A DNA stretch of 64,000 bases from the human T2T-CHM13v2.0 reference genome, Homo sapiens, in NCBI RefSeq assembly GCF_009914755.1, contig NC_060928.1; one strand, given 5' to 3'. Position numbers and translations under genes: made by a program. Shown here in pieces: positions 1 through 17,728 of the stretch (position 1 is its first letter; every line of letters begins with the position of its first letter). The notes beneath the pieces are model-generated. The model saw only the letters and a program-made list of their open reading frames with translations, did no database searches and was not told the origin of the DNA.

Positions 1-154
<154 letters not shown>

Positions 155-549
155 TTACAAAAGCCACAGGAGATGACTGACCAGCACAATGACAATCCCA
201 GTTATTCAAGTACAGTGCTGCATCCTGAAACATCTGAGATGAGCCTAGCTTGTATCATTATGAGCAAGGTCAATATTCCCTTCCGTAGAAACCAACCAGG
301 GTCTTCTTTATCACAGCTTGCAACATTTAGGAGTTGGCCAAGATATGAGGCAAATTCATTCAATTTGGTTTAACTTAATTCTGCCCTGACCTGTGCAGAA
401 GCTGGCCATATGAACATTACTACAACCCGAGATCTCAGAACTCACAGGGTAGAAGTTCCTGATGCATATAGCACTGAGTGGGGACACAGAGAGGAGTGAT
501 AATTTTCAACAGGGAAAGTCAGGGTAAGTTGGCTTTCCAGCTGGAGTGA

Positions 550-785
550 AGAGTTCTTAAACTGTAGTGCCCATACGGATCCCCTGGGGAGTTTGTCAAG
601 AATGAAAATGGGGTGGCCTCATGAGAATCACCTGGAAGACTTAAGCATGAAAATGGATGGGCCCCCTCTCCCAAAGATTTTCATTTTAGTAGGTTTGATT
701 TAGAGCCCTCCAAATCTGCATTTTGAAAACAAACTCCACCCCTACTTCTGATATGGGTGGTCCTCAGAACCTACACTGTTCTAAG
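550..785. mobile_element. Degraded MER5-like hAT-Charlie DNA transposon
   Basis: GAATCACCTGG, GGGCCCC...CAAAGATT and AATCTGCATTTT...AACAAACTCC motifs resemble the MER5 consensus as recalled; old and diverged. Confidence 0.5.
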
Positions 786-1109
786 GTTTTCATCTACAAG
801 TCTCTCCACATGCAGGGCTGTAAATATAGGGCCAGAAAGATGAGAAGGCTGTTTCCATGCTCATGCCCATGATGCTGAAAGTTATTTTCCCAGATTCCCT
901 TTGGGGTCTAGGAAATTCAAAAAGAATGTTCATGGAGGTCTGCGGGTGAGGGCATGTGGGGAAAGAAAGCACTGTCACTCATTCTTAGGGCATGCTCTTT
1001 GTAGACCTCAGGGCTGTCCTAGATTCCCCATGCCCTGATCTATGGATTGGGACTCCACACCAAATACTCTGGTTTTAGGGTTATTCTGTCGGATTCACTG
1101 TCCTCTAGG

Positions 1110-1640
1110 TCAAGGCATCAGGTGACAATAAACATATTTAAAGAAGGAAAGGCCCTGGTATAAACACACCTGATAGCAATAACTTAAGCATACCCTGAGA
1201 CTGACCCTGTATAGCAGACACACCTGCATGTGGTTCGGAGTTCCAAGCTAAGGAATCCGGGAGTAGCCAACCCGGAGGGTCATTCCTTATCTATGAGAAA
1301 CAGCTTAGCCCCTAGCCTGTCCCAGGAAACGTGGGCTGTATAGGAGACGGATGACGTCCTTTCTTTTGGGTGAATGTTGCTAGGTGGAGACTGTTAGGGA
1401 GAGGGTCCTAAGCAAATATAAAATGCATGCCTTTTGCAAGCATTTGCAGTTCTGTCCAGCTCTCGCCATTGGACTATATGCAAGGGGTTTCTCCTGTCCA
1501 GCCCGCTGCCACTGGACTCTCTCCCCTATATGTAAGTCCCCAGTAAAACCCAGTGTCTCATTTGCCAGTTCTGGGTCTGCTCTTCATCCTTTTGAACCTG
1601 GTGTCTTTCCCACTGGAGTCAATAGGTGTTTGGCCCAACA
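1110..1640 (+). mobile_element. ERV-type solo LTR (family uncertain)
   Basis: LTR-like layout: AAATATAAAA TATA-like box near 1413, AGTAAA poly(A)-like signal near 1542, ends in ...GGCCCAACA; 5' boundary approximate. Confidence 0.55.
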
Positions 1641-1858
1641 TTACGAATTGGTTTGGCCAAGTCGTTATAAACTATTGGCCCTCAAGGCCAAACCAGGCAT
1701 GCCTAAGTGATCTGCTAAATTGGACACAGGGTTGTTGTTTTGTTTTAAATTGAATTTGAATGCTTTCAGGCATTATATATTCATTCTGCAGTTGGCCAGA
1801 GGCCTCACCATCTCCCTTTGTGTTATGCCCGAATGATACATGTTTTAAAATAATTCCT

Positions 1859-2482
<624 letters not shown>

Positions 2483-3285
2483 TCACCCATCATTCCTGCT
2501 CCCAAGCGTGCTAAACTGGCCCAGCAGCCCTATTTACTGTTCCAAATGATAGTTTTTCAAGCTTTGGTGACAACCACAGCCAGCCCCTAACCTTTCCGCT
2601 GGTGCCACTTACCATCCCTGAAATACTTCCTCTTTCTACCCGTTTCTGCCTCATTCCTCTAAGCACTTCAAGATCCAGCTTAAACCCCCAACTCCTCTGG
2701 AAGCCTTCCCTGATCAATTTCACCAACATGGACAATCTCTACCTCCTCTCAACTTACTACCTACTCTACTTATAAATGACTTATTTCCATCTGCCTTGAA
2801 TCATTGCTTATATCTCTTATGTGTATAAATTTCAGCTTCTCAATTAGACTGTCAACTCCTAGAAAGGAGGTACCATGCCTCAATTCTTATTGCCTGGATT
2901 CCTTAGAGAACATGACAGTACCTGAAATGTGTCACTAATTCACTGATTAATTATCCCCAGTAGCATCGGGGAACAGCTGCACAGAATTCTCTCACAAAGC
3001 ATACACAGCAATTGGAAGCTTCTAAGAAAGTCAGATAAATGTGGAAACACCATCCTGGTAATGGTGATTCCTGGCAAAGTATGATTCCCTAGCATCATAC
3101 TTTTATAGATTGCTTGTGTCCGTTCAGTTATTCAGCAAAAATGTTGCCTTTGATTTATGTACTTGTAGAAGAGAAAATTTTTAAGTGGTATAAGGACCTT
3201 CCTTCAATTAGGCTATAAAACTGAAAGTAAACAAATGGAAAGATTCCTCAATAGCAGGAATCTTTGTGTAGGAATAGCAGGAATC

Positions 3286-3746
3286 TGTAGTCAGTGGAGT
3301 GGTGGCCCCCAAAAGATGTCTACCCAGAACCTGTGAATGTGACCATATTTGGAACAAGGGTCTTGTAGATGCAATTAAGGATCTCAAGATAAGATTACCA
3401 TGGAGTATCCAAGTAGGCCCTAAATCCAGTGATAAGTTTCCTTATAAGAAGAGGAGAAGGCAAAGAGAATTGAAGAGGACACTGAGGAGAAGGACATGTA
3501 CAGACAGGTGGAGGCAGAGGTAGAGTTATGCAGCCACAAGCCAAGGAACACCTGCAGCACCCCCCTCCACAAAACTAGAAGAATGCAAGAAAGCATTCTC
3601 CCCTATAGCCTTCATAGGGAGCATGACCTTGCTGACACCTTGATTCCAAGCTTCTGGATGCCAGAACTGTGGGAGAATACATTTCTGTTGTTTTAAGACA
3701 TCCAACTTGGGTTAATTCGTGACAGCAGCCCTAGGAAACCAACATA
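3286..3746 (+). mobile_element. MLT1 (MaLR) solo LTR
   Basis: CCCAGAACCTGTGAATGTGACC, GCAGCCACAAGCCAAGGAACACC, CCAGAACTGTGGGAGAATACATTTCTGTTGTTTTAAG and GCAGCCCTAGGAAAC motifs. Confidence 0.85.
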
Positions 3747-5160
3747 GCAACGAAGAAGGATAGCGCATGGGAATGGGTGGGCAGGGAAGAATATCATGGC
3801 ACTGGATTTCAAAGATCCCAACCTCAGCATCCATTGAGAGAGGAATGAGCCTTTTCATAATCTCTGCCATTGTCTGTTTGTCTAGAAAAGCTTCTGCAAG
3901 GTCATTATTTCCTCAGAGATGCTCATGATTCAGATTTAAGCTAGACACTTTCTCTTGGATCCTGGAGTTATATTCCAATAAGATGGGACCAGATAATCCT
4001 GAAATGCAGAACAAATGATCACTTCCAAGAACCTAGCTGTATTTACCAAAGAGCATCTGCTGTGTTAGACAAATTGGCTGGTCCAGCTAATTACAAAGGA
4101 GGCACGGGCTACCACTACATAGTCATGGGTGGTAGCACTATCTAATGTGACCAGACAAGCTTTTCTGATCTGAACTCTATGAACTCTATTTAAAGTCTCT
4201 GTTTTCATTTGCCCACTGACTGTAATTTACACATAAGCCAACTCTTGCTATTTTTCCCGTCTGGTTAGGTTCATAAGGAGGAATACATTTTTGCAAATGT
4301 TCCAAACACAAGGCACACACAGCAACACTTTTCATATGATTGCTAGAAGTCATTCACATTAGTCTATAATCCTTATTGAAAGCTTACTAACAAAAGGAGC
4401 TGGAAAAATATCACTAGAGGTTGGTGACATGAGGCATTTCCTTGCATAAAATGGACATGTGTCATGTAGGAAATTGTCTTTATTTTTCAGAGATGCACAA
4501 TGATGTATTTAGGGGTGATATGTCATGATGGCTACAATTTGCTCCAGACCATTGCAGCAAGAAATATATGAAGCAAATGTGGCAAAATGTTAACCCATTA
4601 AATCAAGGCAATGGAAATATGGGTGCTCAAGGCATGTTTCTTCGTATCCCATAGGTTTCAAAAGCATCAAAAATAAAAATAACATGGATATATACATTTT
4701 ATACATAGGGTTCTTTTTTTACTGATACTATACCTGTTTTCAGGTATAGAGACTGTCTCAATAAAGGGACGATGCCTGCTTGCAATTATAAATACCCAAT
4801 AGAGGCAGCAGATCTATGCATACAAATTCTATTCTTAACTGCTCTTCAGTTCTATTTACGGAAGGAAGAGAAGTTACATCTATTGAGGAAAAAGAGTACC
4901 CCAAAAAAGCAGCACTGACACTGAAGCAGGAAAAAAAAATGCCTTATTGAGAAAGTACTGCATCTGTTAATATGGGGCTTTTTTGTTAAGTCACAGACAG
5001 CTAAGCATGCCGTTTTAAACTGCTGGCAGGGTGCTTTGTCCAAGTGCATCTAGTATGTGTGGAATTTAAAATGGATATATCAGCTAGGGAATGGACTCGG
5101 GTCCCACCCCCAACATACTAGGCACATAAACACACAGGCACGGACAGAGAGGGGACTCAC

Positions 5161-5252
5161 AGTTCTGAATACAGGAAGTGCAGGTTGCCCACATTGTCAA
5201 TGTAGTTAGCAGGACTGAGCCAAGGCAAGACCAGCAACAGAAGCGCCTTCAT
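5161..5252 (-). CDS. LNX1: LNX1 short (p70, RING-less) isoform: coding part of the alternative first exon, MKALLLLVLPWLSPANYIDNVGNLHFLYSE(L)
   Basis: ATG at 5252-5250; 92 nt = 30 codons + 2; donor CT|GTGAGT at 5161/5160; phase 2, the same as the RING exon; peptide recognised as the LNX1 p70 N-terminus. Confidence 0.9.
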
Positions 5253-5750
5253 TCTCCGAGCAGTGTGCTGCCTTCTCCCTGGCCACCTTCTGTCAGCTAC
5301 AAGGGCCCAAACCAGCCAAGCTCCTTTAAGCAAACCTTGCCATGCCCCCACAATCAGTAGATCACAAAGAATTTGACTGAGAACCTTCAGATTAAGCCAC
5401 GTTAATAAATCACGGGCCCGTAAGAAGATTATGCTCTCTGATTCTCAGATGAGAGGATGTAGGAACGCAAGGAGCCACCACGGTTGGCGAGAGAGCTTAG
5501 GCTGAGAGCAGGCAAGCTGATGCCCAGGAAAGGAACCAGCCCCTCCTGCAGGATGCGGACTGGTTCTTGGGAAGCAGCTGGTACATTTACATCACCGGCT
5601 GGGAGCAGACAGGCTGGGAGTTAAAATGTGTTGGAAGAGGACATGAGCATGACACATTCAGACCCCACGGTGTGAATAATTAAATAATGAAAAGCTGCCC
5701 TCCAGTTTGCTATAGCGACACTGTAAGAAATTCCCATCTTTGGAGCAGCC
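5253..5750 (-). promoter_or_regulatory. LNX1: 5' UTR and internal promoter region of the LNX1 p70 first exon
   Basis: Repeat-free stretch with several CpGs directly upstream of the p70 ATG; contains uORF 5326-5343; TSS cannot be placed from sequence. Confidence 0.55.
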
Positions 5751-6049
5751 TGGAGAGCTGAGCTTAAAGCAAGCATTCACATATTCAGTGGCTGAAATAT
5801 GAACCAACCCCACCTTCCTCCAGCACCCATCACTGTCTTGACTGCACTGACATATGAAAGAGATGTGACAGTGACAGCTTCCTCGCTAATTTTGAAATCT
5901 GGCTCTCGAGAAGAATAGGCTGTGCCATTCTCTGTCAGAATAACAAAGAGCCTGGATAGACATAAAGTTCTGTCCAAACAATGTACAGGTTCCTGTTTGG
6001 TGAGGAAATGAGTCACTCCATTCTTCCTTCTCCCTGGGGGGAATGAATT

Positions 6050-6930
6050 GAGCTCTGAAATCAGCTGTATGACACTTGTTTCATTTAAGCTCTCAAGCCT
6101 CAGTCACCTTACCTTTGAAATGGAGCTAATTATGCCTTACCTACCTGGTCTGTCAGGGACTGGGCCACATCCCCTCTTCCAGCTTTAAGATCTGGGATTT
6201 GAGACTGCATCACCGGCCTCAACACTAAGACTTCTTTGCAGGCCTAAGCTCTGGAATGCCACAGAAGCCCCCAGGACTCTCGCTTACCCCATATTCAAGA
6301 AGATTAAATTCCATTTTGCCAACTCAAGACCAGAATCTTAATAGAAATGGCTCGAAGGGATAATTACATTCATCACATTAATGACAGCCAAGCCATGATA
6401 GCAAACTCCACTCCACAGGAAGTAGACCAGAGAAAAGTCTACAGGATGAGACGAGTTGCAATGAACTGCGTAGTCATTAGGAATTTGGCATCAGAGGCAG
6501 GGCTAAAGAGTTTAAATACAGAAGACTCTTAGAATGTGCAGATTTAATTTCTACAGTTTAAAGTGCAGATGAACAACCTTGATAAAACATGGGATATAAT
6601 AATTCATGATTTTGTTGAGGTCCAAATTGGAATTCTATTCTCTGTAAGGCTGCTCTGCAAGAGTGAGTCAGAGCTCATGGAAAGCAGTAGAAAGAAGTTA
6701 GGTTTGATATGTAGGTGCTGGGGTTAGAGAAGCTTGAGGTTAGAGTTCTAGCTCTGCTGCATACTAGCTGTATGACAGTAGGCATGTTTGGTTAACCTCT
6801 CTGAACTTTCATGTCCTCCCCTGTAAAAGAAAGACAATAGTAATAGTGCTTAACTCAGAGTGCTAGTAAGAAGGTGAAATGAGGCAATGCCCATAAACAA
6901 CAAAGGGCTTAACGAGTATTAGCTTAATGT
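6050..6930. mobile_element. MIR fragments (about 6050-6140 and 6720-6930)
   Basis: CTCTCAAGCCTCAGT...TGAAATGGAGCTAAT and TTAACCTCTCTGAAC...CTGTAAAAG...AATAATAGTGCT MIR core motifs. Confidence 0.6.
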
Positions 6931-6935
6931 TATTG

Positions 6936-7247
6936 TATTTTATTTTTTTCAGAGATGGGGGTCTTGCTCTGTCACCCAGGCTGTAGTGCTGTGTCACAAT
7001 TATACCTCACTGCAGTGGTGAACTCCTGGGCTCAAGCAATCCTCCTGCCTCAGCCTCCCAAGTAGCTGGGACTACAGGTGCGTGCCGCCATGCCTGGCTA
7101 AAAAAAAAAAAAAAAATTAAAATCTTTTTCAGAGATGAGGGTCCCTCTATGTTGCCCAGGCTGGTCTTGAACTTTTGGCCTCAAGCAATATTCCTGCCTC
7201 AACCTTCAAGTAGCTAGGATTACAGGTGCAAGCCACTGCACCTGGGT
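6936..7247 (-). mobile_element. AluJ element
   Basis: T tract, then AGAGATGGGGGTCTTGCTCTGTCACCCAGGCTG...GGCTCAAGCAATCCTCCTGCC (J-type). Confidence 0.9.
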
Positions 7248-7699
7248 CTACTGTTACTAATAACTATTAGCGATAGTGAATGAGCCTACTTGGAAGCTTA
7301 ACAGCTATCTCCAAGAGGTTTTGTTATTCTTTTCTTATCCCTTCTTTCCTCCTATACTATTAGAGAAGTGACATGTTATAGTCTTATCCTAAATATGGAG
7401 TTTCACAAAGTCCTGAAACATGCTCTTCTTGGATGTCCACGACCTCCTATATAGATCAGAACTCTTAAGTAGCATGATGTATTATAAAGGTTGTGGACTT
7501 CATATTGGTATTGGATTGTATTTCTGACGATCTTGGACATGTCAGATTGCTTCTGACATTTGATACATCTTTTATTAAAAAAGGATGACTGCCCATTCAC
7601 CACCTTGCATTTAAAGGGGATGAAATTAATTAATTAATGTGACTGCAATATAAACATGAATGTAAGGTTTTCTGTTGTTTTTTATGTTGCTATTGCAAC

Positions 7700-8170
7700 C
7701 ACTGCTGGTTGCCTATCAAATATTTAACCTCCCCTTCTTCCTTATAACAGAACCCAGGTTTTATTTATGCTGTTACTACATGTAGACCCTCTCACAGATG
7801 GGCATCTGTATAACACAATAGTGACTAATGAGGTATGAGTAGAAATTACTGGGTAAGGCATCTCAGAAGGCTCTTTAAAGGAAGGTGTCTCCATTGGCAC
7901 ATTGTATTTTTCCCTGCCTGCCTAATTCTTTCTGCCTGGAACTTGTACATAACACTGAAGCATGCAGCCATTTGAGACCATGAGGTGACAAACTTGAGGA
8001 TGAAAACTGAACCGATTCCTGCTGGCATCATGTCATGGCAAAATCATAGTAATCCTGGGCTTCCTACCCCTAGACTTTGTATTACATGAGAAAAACAAAA
8101 CTTCTACCTGGTTAAACCAATATAACATAATTTTCCATTACCTGCCATCTGATGTAATCCTAATTAATAC
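7700..8170 (+). mobile_element. Old MLT1-type LTR fragment
   Basis: GCAGCCATTTGAGACCATGAGG...GAGGATG and AGACTTTGTATTACATGAGAAAAACAAAACTTCTA motifs. Confidence 0.5.
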
Positions 8171-8503
8171 AATCCCTTGGGGCTAAAACCCAACCTCAAA
8201 TGAACAGAGATTGCTCCATGGCTTCCTTGCCGGTAAACAGCCCTAACTCTAATCTTTGCCCTATTCTTTGCCTGGCTGTCCTGTTTATCCTTAAATGTTA
8301 TCTCAGATATCACTGATCATCTCCTATTTTCTTGCTTCTTTTCTTTTCACTAAACAAGGTTTATTTAGGGGCCAGGAAAATGTTGGGTTCAGAGTTAGAA
8401 GGTCACAGTAAGGATGTATGTCAAAGCACAATTATTATGAGATGCTTAGTCTGGCTAAAATGACCAGCAAGACTAATACATGCTTACTTTTCATAGGTAA
8501 TAG

Positions 8504-8812
<309 letters not shown>

Positions 8813-9137
8813 CTCCGTGTATTTTTTCTTTCAATAAAGTCTTCCCCACTTTGTAGACAGCTAGCTGTGTTGTCCTGAACACACTACCCTGGATGGAAGT
8901 AAAGGTCAACAGACGATCCAGGTTAGACCTTTGGAGAAGAAACTCCCAGGACACTGGATGCAAAGTTAATCCGGAAAATATTCCCAGCCAGCCTTCAGCC
9001 ACGTATGTCTTGGGCCAATTACATCACGTTTTCATTCACAGCTCATTTCAAATTATTGAACAATGAACTCTGTATTCATACTAGTAAATACTTGAGGAGG
9101 GTCAGTTTTATTATCTTCCATTTTTAGAAAATAAGAG

Positions 9138-9225
9138 AGTAGGTGCAGCAAACCATCATGACACACATACACCTATGTAACAAACCTGAACGTTCTGTAC
9201 GTGTATCCCAGAATTAAAAAAAAGG
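9138..9225 (+). mobile_element. L1P 3'-terminal fragment
   Basis: GGTGCAGCAAACCATCATGACACACATACACCTATGTAACAAACCTG...CCCAGAATTAAAA. Confidence 0.75.
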
Positions 9226-9939
9226 AAAAAGGAGAGAAAGTAAAGGGCAAAGTGAGTTGTCCTATGAAACAATTCACGTATGTTTTCAACTTCTCTCTTT
9301 TACCTTTAAAAGGTCATTTCCTTAGAGGCAGAAATCACAACTTATTTTTCTTTCATTCAGGGCCTGACCTATTGTGAATCCTTGCTAAATACTGTGTATG
9401 CAGATGATGAGATTACAAAATGGAAATGTGGTCTTGAGCCTAAAATAAGTCTCGCTCAGGATCAAGAAGTAAAAGCTTGGCTTCCACACACCTTCTCATT
9501 GAAAGTCTGGGTCAAGAGAGATGAGCAGATGGGCCCTCTCCAGGGGCCCCACTACACACTGGTAATGGCCTCCAGTTAGGAAGGCTGCCATTCAACTCAA
9601 TAAGTCCATCACCACCCTGGGAATTCTCTACAGTAGACCCATGTGATGGGAGTCTGTAAGCATCTAAGAGGGCAGAAATCAACAGAATTAGCCAGAAGTT
9701 TCCAACTGCTAGCTCCAAACTCAGACTTATTCCCATAAAAGAGCTCTCTAGTCTGAAGACAATCAATGATCTAGCCAGTCATGCATACCTACAGCCAGTC
9801 CTAAATGTTTTGCTCAAGTATTTATATTTAGTAGACAAGTATTGTTTACAAATGAAACGCATTCTGGAGAAAACAGGCACCAGCTGTTTAAAGATGTGAT
9901 TCTGTCTGCCTGTACCCTGACTTAAGTCTCCTGTTGGGC

Positions 9940-10210
9940 AACAGGTGCAGAAATTTCAGTTAGACAGGAGGCATAAATTCAGGAGATTATTTGTACAACG
10001 AGGTGATTATAGTTAATAACAATGTATTGTGCAGTAGAAAATTACTAAGTGAGTACATTTTAAGTGTTTTCATCACAAAAATGGTACATATATGAGGTAA
10101 TGCATGTTGATTGGCTTGCTTTAGCCATTTCACAATATATACATATTTTAAAACATCATATTGTACACCATACACATATACAATATGTATTTGTCAATTA
10201 AAAAAATAAA
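9940..10210 (+). mobile_element. L1MA 3' end fragment
   Basis: TTTCAGTTAGACAGGAGG...TATAGTTAATAACAATGTATTG...AAAACATCATATTGTACACCAT...TTTGTCAATTAAAA. Confidence 0.8.
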
Positions 10211-10216
10211 ATTTGG

Positions 10217-10505
<289 letters not shown>

Positions 10506-10600
10506 AATTTAAAACAATTTTATTTAGATGCATATTTATTGAGTAAAGTGATGTTAAAGATCAAGCAAACCAATGCAAAATTTATAAACAAAAGCTATGA

Positions 10601-11119
<519 letters not shown>

Positions 11120-11807
11120 AGGTTAACTTCAAATTCTTAATCCTTGCCAATAAAATGTCAAGGGGGTGGGAGGCGAAGGAATGTATATCAGGCATATGGT
11201 GACTAATACATACAACATATTTGTGGAAATGTTGGTTTCAACCTACTTAGGAAGCAGAAGTGTGGAGGCTTGAGAGCATGTGTTGAGGCCCACGCCTCCC
11301 TGATGTGGGGGCATCCTCTCCAGAGAGCTGCTGTGGGCGCCTGTGAAGGACTCACTCACAGGGTGCAGCTTAAAAAGGTGACTCACTTTCAGTCAGTTTT
11401 GGTTTCTCTCCTCACTGCTGTTTTCCAAAAGTGCATCTCATTATGAGCTGAGTGTTCATCAAGCCTCTATCTCAGGCTTCCTTGAGGTGTGTGGGGGTCA
11501 CACGGGCTGCATGGGCTAAGGGTGAATGAAATTCCCAGTCTGCTTCAGGCAGCTGAGGGGCACCTGTGTCATCTTTCTCCTGAAGACCTCACAGAGTTCC
11601 AACAGCCACCTGCTAGCCCTTCCCCTTCCCCACATCCCTTCTGGCTTCACCCTCAGATCCACACACCATCTTCTCCCTATTTTTAGAAAAACTCTCAGAC
11701 CCCAAACAGTCCTGGATGAGGGGATGAGGAGGAGTGGCTGGGTTTTCACTTTCTCCCCAGAGGATGACTCCAGTGCTGTCTTCTGTCTCCCCACTCTTAC
11801 TCCTGGG

Positions 11808-11916
11808 GTGGGCAGAATAATTATTCCCCAGAGATGTCCAGCTCCTAATCCTCAGAACCTCTGAGTATGTCACTTCATATGGCAAAAGGGACTTTGCAGA
11901 TGTAATTAAGAATCTT
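11808..11916 (+). mobile_element. MLT1 LTR, 5' part (split by later insertions; resumes at 18621)
   Basis: GGGCAGAATAAT...CAGAACCTCTGAGTATGTCAC...GGCAAAAGGGACTTTGCAGATGTAATTAAGAATCTT reads directly into GAGATGAAGG...GGATTATCCAGGTGGGCCC at 18621. Confidence 0.85.
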
Positions 11917-12282
11917 TTGGGGAGGAGCCAAGATGGCCGAATAGGAACAGCTCTGGTCTACAGCTCCCAGCCTGAGCGACACAGAAGACGGGTGATTTCT
12001 GCATTTCCATCTGAGGTACCGGGTTCATCTCACTAGGGAGTGCCAGACAGTGGGCGCAGGTCAGTGGGTGCGCGCACCCTGCGCCAGCCGAAGCAGGGCG
12101 AGGCATTGCCTCACTTGGGAAGCGCAAGGAGTCAGGGAGTTAGTTCCCTTTCCTAATCAAAGAAAGGGGTGACAGACAGCACCGGGAAAATCAGGTCACT
12201 CCCACCCGAATACTGCGCTTTTCCGACGGGCTTAAAAAATGGCGCACCACGAGATTATATCCCCCACCTGGCTCGGAGGGTC

Positions 12283-12372
12283 CTACCCCACGGAGTCTCG
12301 CTGATTGCTAGCACAGCAGTCTGAGATCAAACTGCAAGGTGGCAGCGAGGCTGGGGGAGGGGCGCCTACCAT
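12283..12372 (-). pseudogene. L1 ORF0, truncated to 29 codons (MVGAPPPASLPPCSLISDCCASNQRDSVG*)
   Basis: ATG at 12372-12370; an apparent 1-nt deletion versus consensus brings TAG (12285-12283) into frame. Confidence 0.7.
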
Positions 12373-12827
12373 TGCCCAGGCTTGATTAGGTAAACAAAGC
12401 ATCCTGGAAGCTCGAACTGGGTGGAGCCCACCACAGCTCAGGGAGGCCTGCCTGCCTCTGTAGGCTCCACCTCTGGGGGCAGGGCACAGACAAACAAAAA
12501 GACAGCAGTAACCTCTGCAGACTTAAGTGTCCCTGTCTGACAGCTTTGAAGAGAGCAGTGGTTCTCCCAGTACGCAGCTGGAGATCTGAGAATGGGCAGA
12601 CTCCCTCCTCAAGTGGGTCCCTGACCCCTGACCCCCGAGCAGCCTAACTGGGAGGCACCCTCCAGCAGGGGCACACTGACACCTCACACTGCAGGGTACT
12701 CCAACAGACCTGCAGCTGAGGGTCCTGTCTGTTAGAAGGAAAACTAACAAACAGAAAGGACATCCACACCAAAAACCCATCTGTACATCACCATCATCAA
12801 AGACCAAAAGTAGATAAAACCACAAAG

Positions 12828-13844
12828 ATGGGGAAAAAACAGAACAGAAAAACTGGAAACTCTAAAAATCAGAGCGCCTCTCCTCCTCCAAAGGAACGCA
12901 GCTCCTCACCAGCAACAGAACAAAGCTGGACAGAGAATGACTTTGACGAGCTGAGAGAAGAAGGCTTCAGACGATCAAATTACTCTGAGCTACGGGAGGA
13001 CATTCAAACCAAAGGCAAAGAAGTTGAAAACTTTGAAAAAAATTTAGAAGAATGTATAACTAGAATAACCAATACAGAGAAGTGCTTAAAGGAGCTGATG
13101 GAGCTGAAAACCAAGGCTCGAGAACTACGTGAAGAATGCAGAAGCCTCAGGAGCCGACGTGATCAACTGGAAGAAAGGGTATCAGCAATGGAAGATGAAA
13201 TGAATGAAATGAAGCGAGAAGGAAAGTTTAGAGAAAAAAGAATAAAAAGAAACGAGCAAAGCCTCCAAGAAATATGGGACTATGTGAAGAGACCAAATCT
13301 ACGTCTGATTGGTGTACCTGAAAGTGATGGGGAGAATGGAACCAAGTTGGAAAACACTCTGCAGGATATTATCCAGGAGAACTTCCCCAATCTAGCAAGG
13401 CAGGCCAACGTTCAGATTCAGGAAATACAGAGAACGGCACAAAGATACTCCTGGAGAAGAGCAACTCCAAGACACATAATTGTCAGATTCACCAAAGTTG
13501 AAATGAAGGAAAAAATGTTAAGGGCAGCCAGAGAGAAAGGTCGGGTTACCCTCAAAGGGAAGCCCATCAGACTAACAGCGGATCTCTCTGCAGAAACCCT
13601 ACAAGCCAGAAGAGAGTGGGGGCCAATATTCAACATTCTTAAAGAAAAGAATTTTCAATCCAGAATTTCATATCCAGCCAAACTAAGCTTCAGAAGTGAA
13701 GGAGAAAGAAAATACTTTACAGACAAGCAAATGCTGAGAGATTTTGTCACCACCAGGCCTGCCCTAAAAGAGCTCCTGAAGGAAGCGCTAAACATGGAAA
13801 GGAACAACCGGTACCAGCCGCTGCAAAATCATGCCAAAATGTAA
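12828..13844 (+). CDS. L1 ORF1p (338 aa; coiled coil, RRM and CTD RNA chaperone), full-length open frame
   Basis: MGKKQNRKTGNSK...REKG...ARR...YPAKLS...QNHAKM; canonical length. Confidence 0.95.
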   Translation: MGKKQNRKTGNSKNQSASPPPKERSSSPATEQSWTENDFDELREEGFRRSNYSELREDIQTKGKEVENFEKNLEECITRITNTEKCLKELMELKTKARELREECRSLRSRRDQLEERVSAMEDEMNEMKREGKFREKRIKRNEQSLQEIWDYVKRPNLRLIGVPESDGENGTKLENTLQDIIQENFPNLARQANVQIQEIQRTAQRYSWRRATPRHIIVRFTKVEMKEKMLRAAREKGRVTLKGKPIRLTADLSAETLQARREWGPIFNILKEKNFQSRISYPAKLSFRSEGERKYFTDKQMLRDFVTTRPALKELLKEALNMERNNRYQPLQNHAKM

Positions 13845-13907
13845 AGACCATCGAGACTAGGAAGAAACTGCATCAACTAACGAGCAAAATAACCAGCTAA
13901 CATCATA

Positions 13908-17728
<3,821 letters not shown>

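Noticed and set aside
5253-5351. 33-codon N-terminal extension of p70 from GTG at 5351
   Set aside because: It arises from the ORF caller allowing GTG starts. The recognised p70 protein starts at ATG 5252, and nothing supports the extension.
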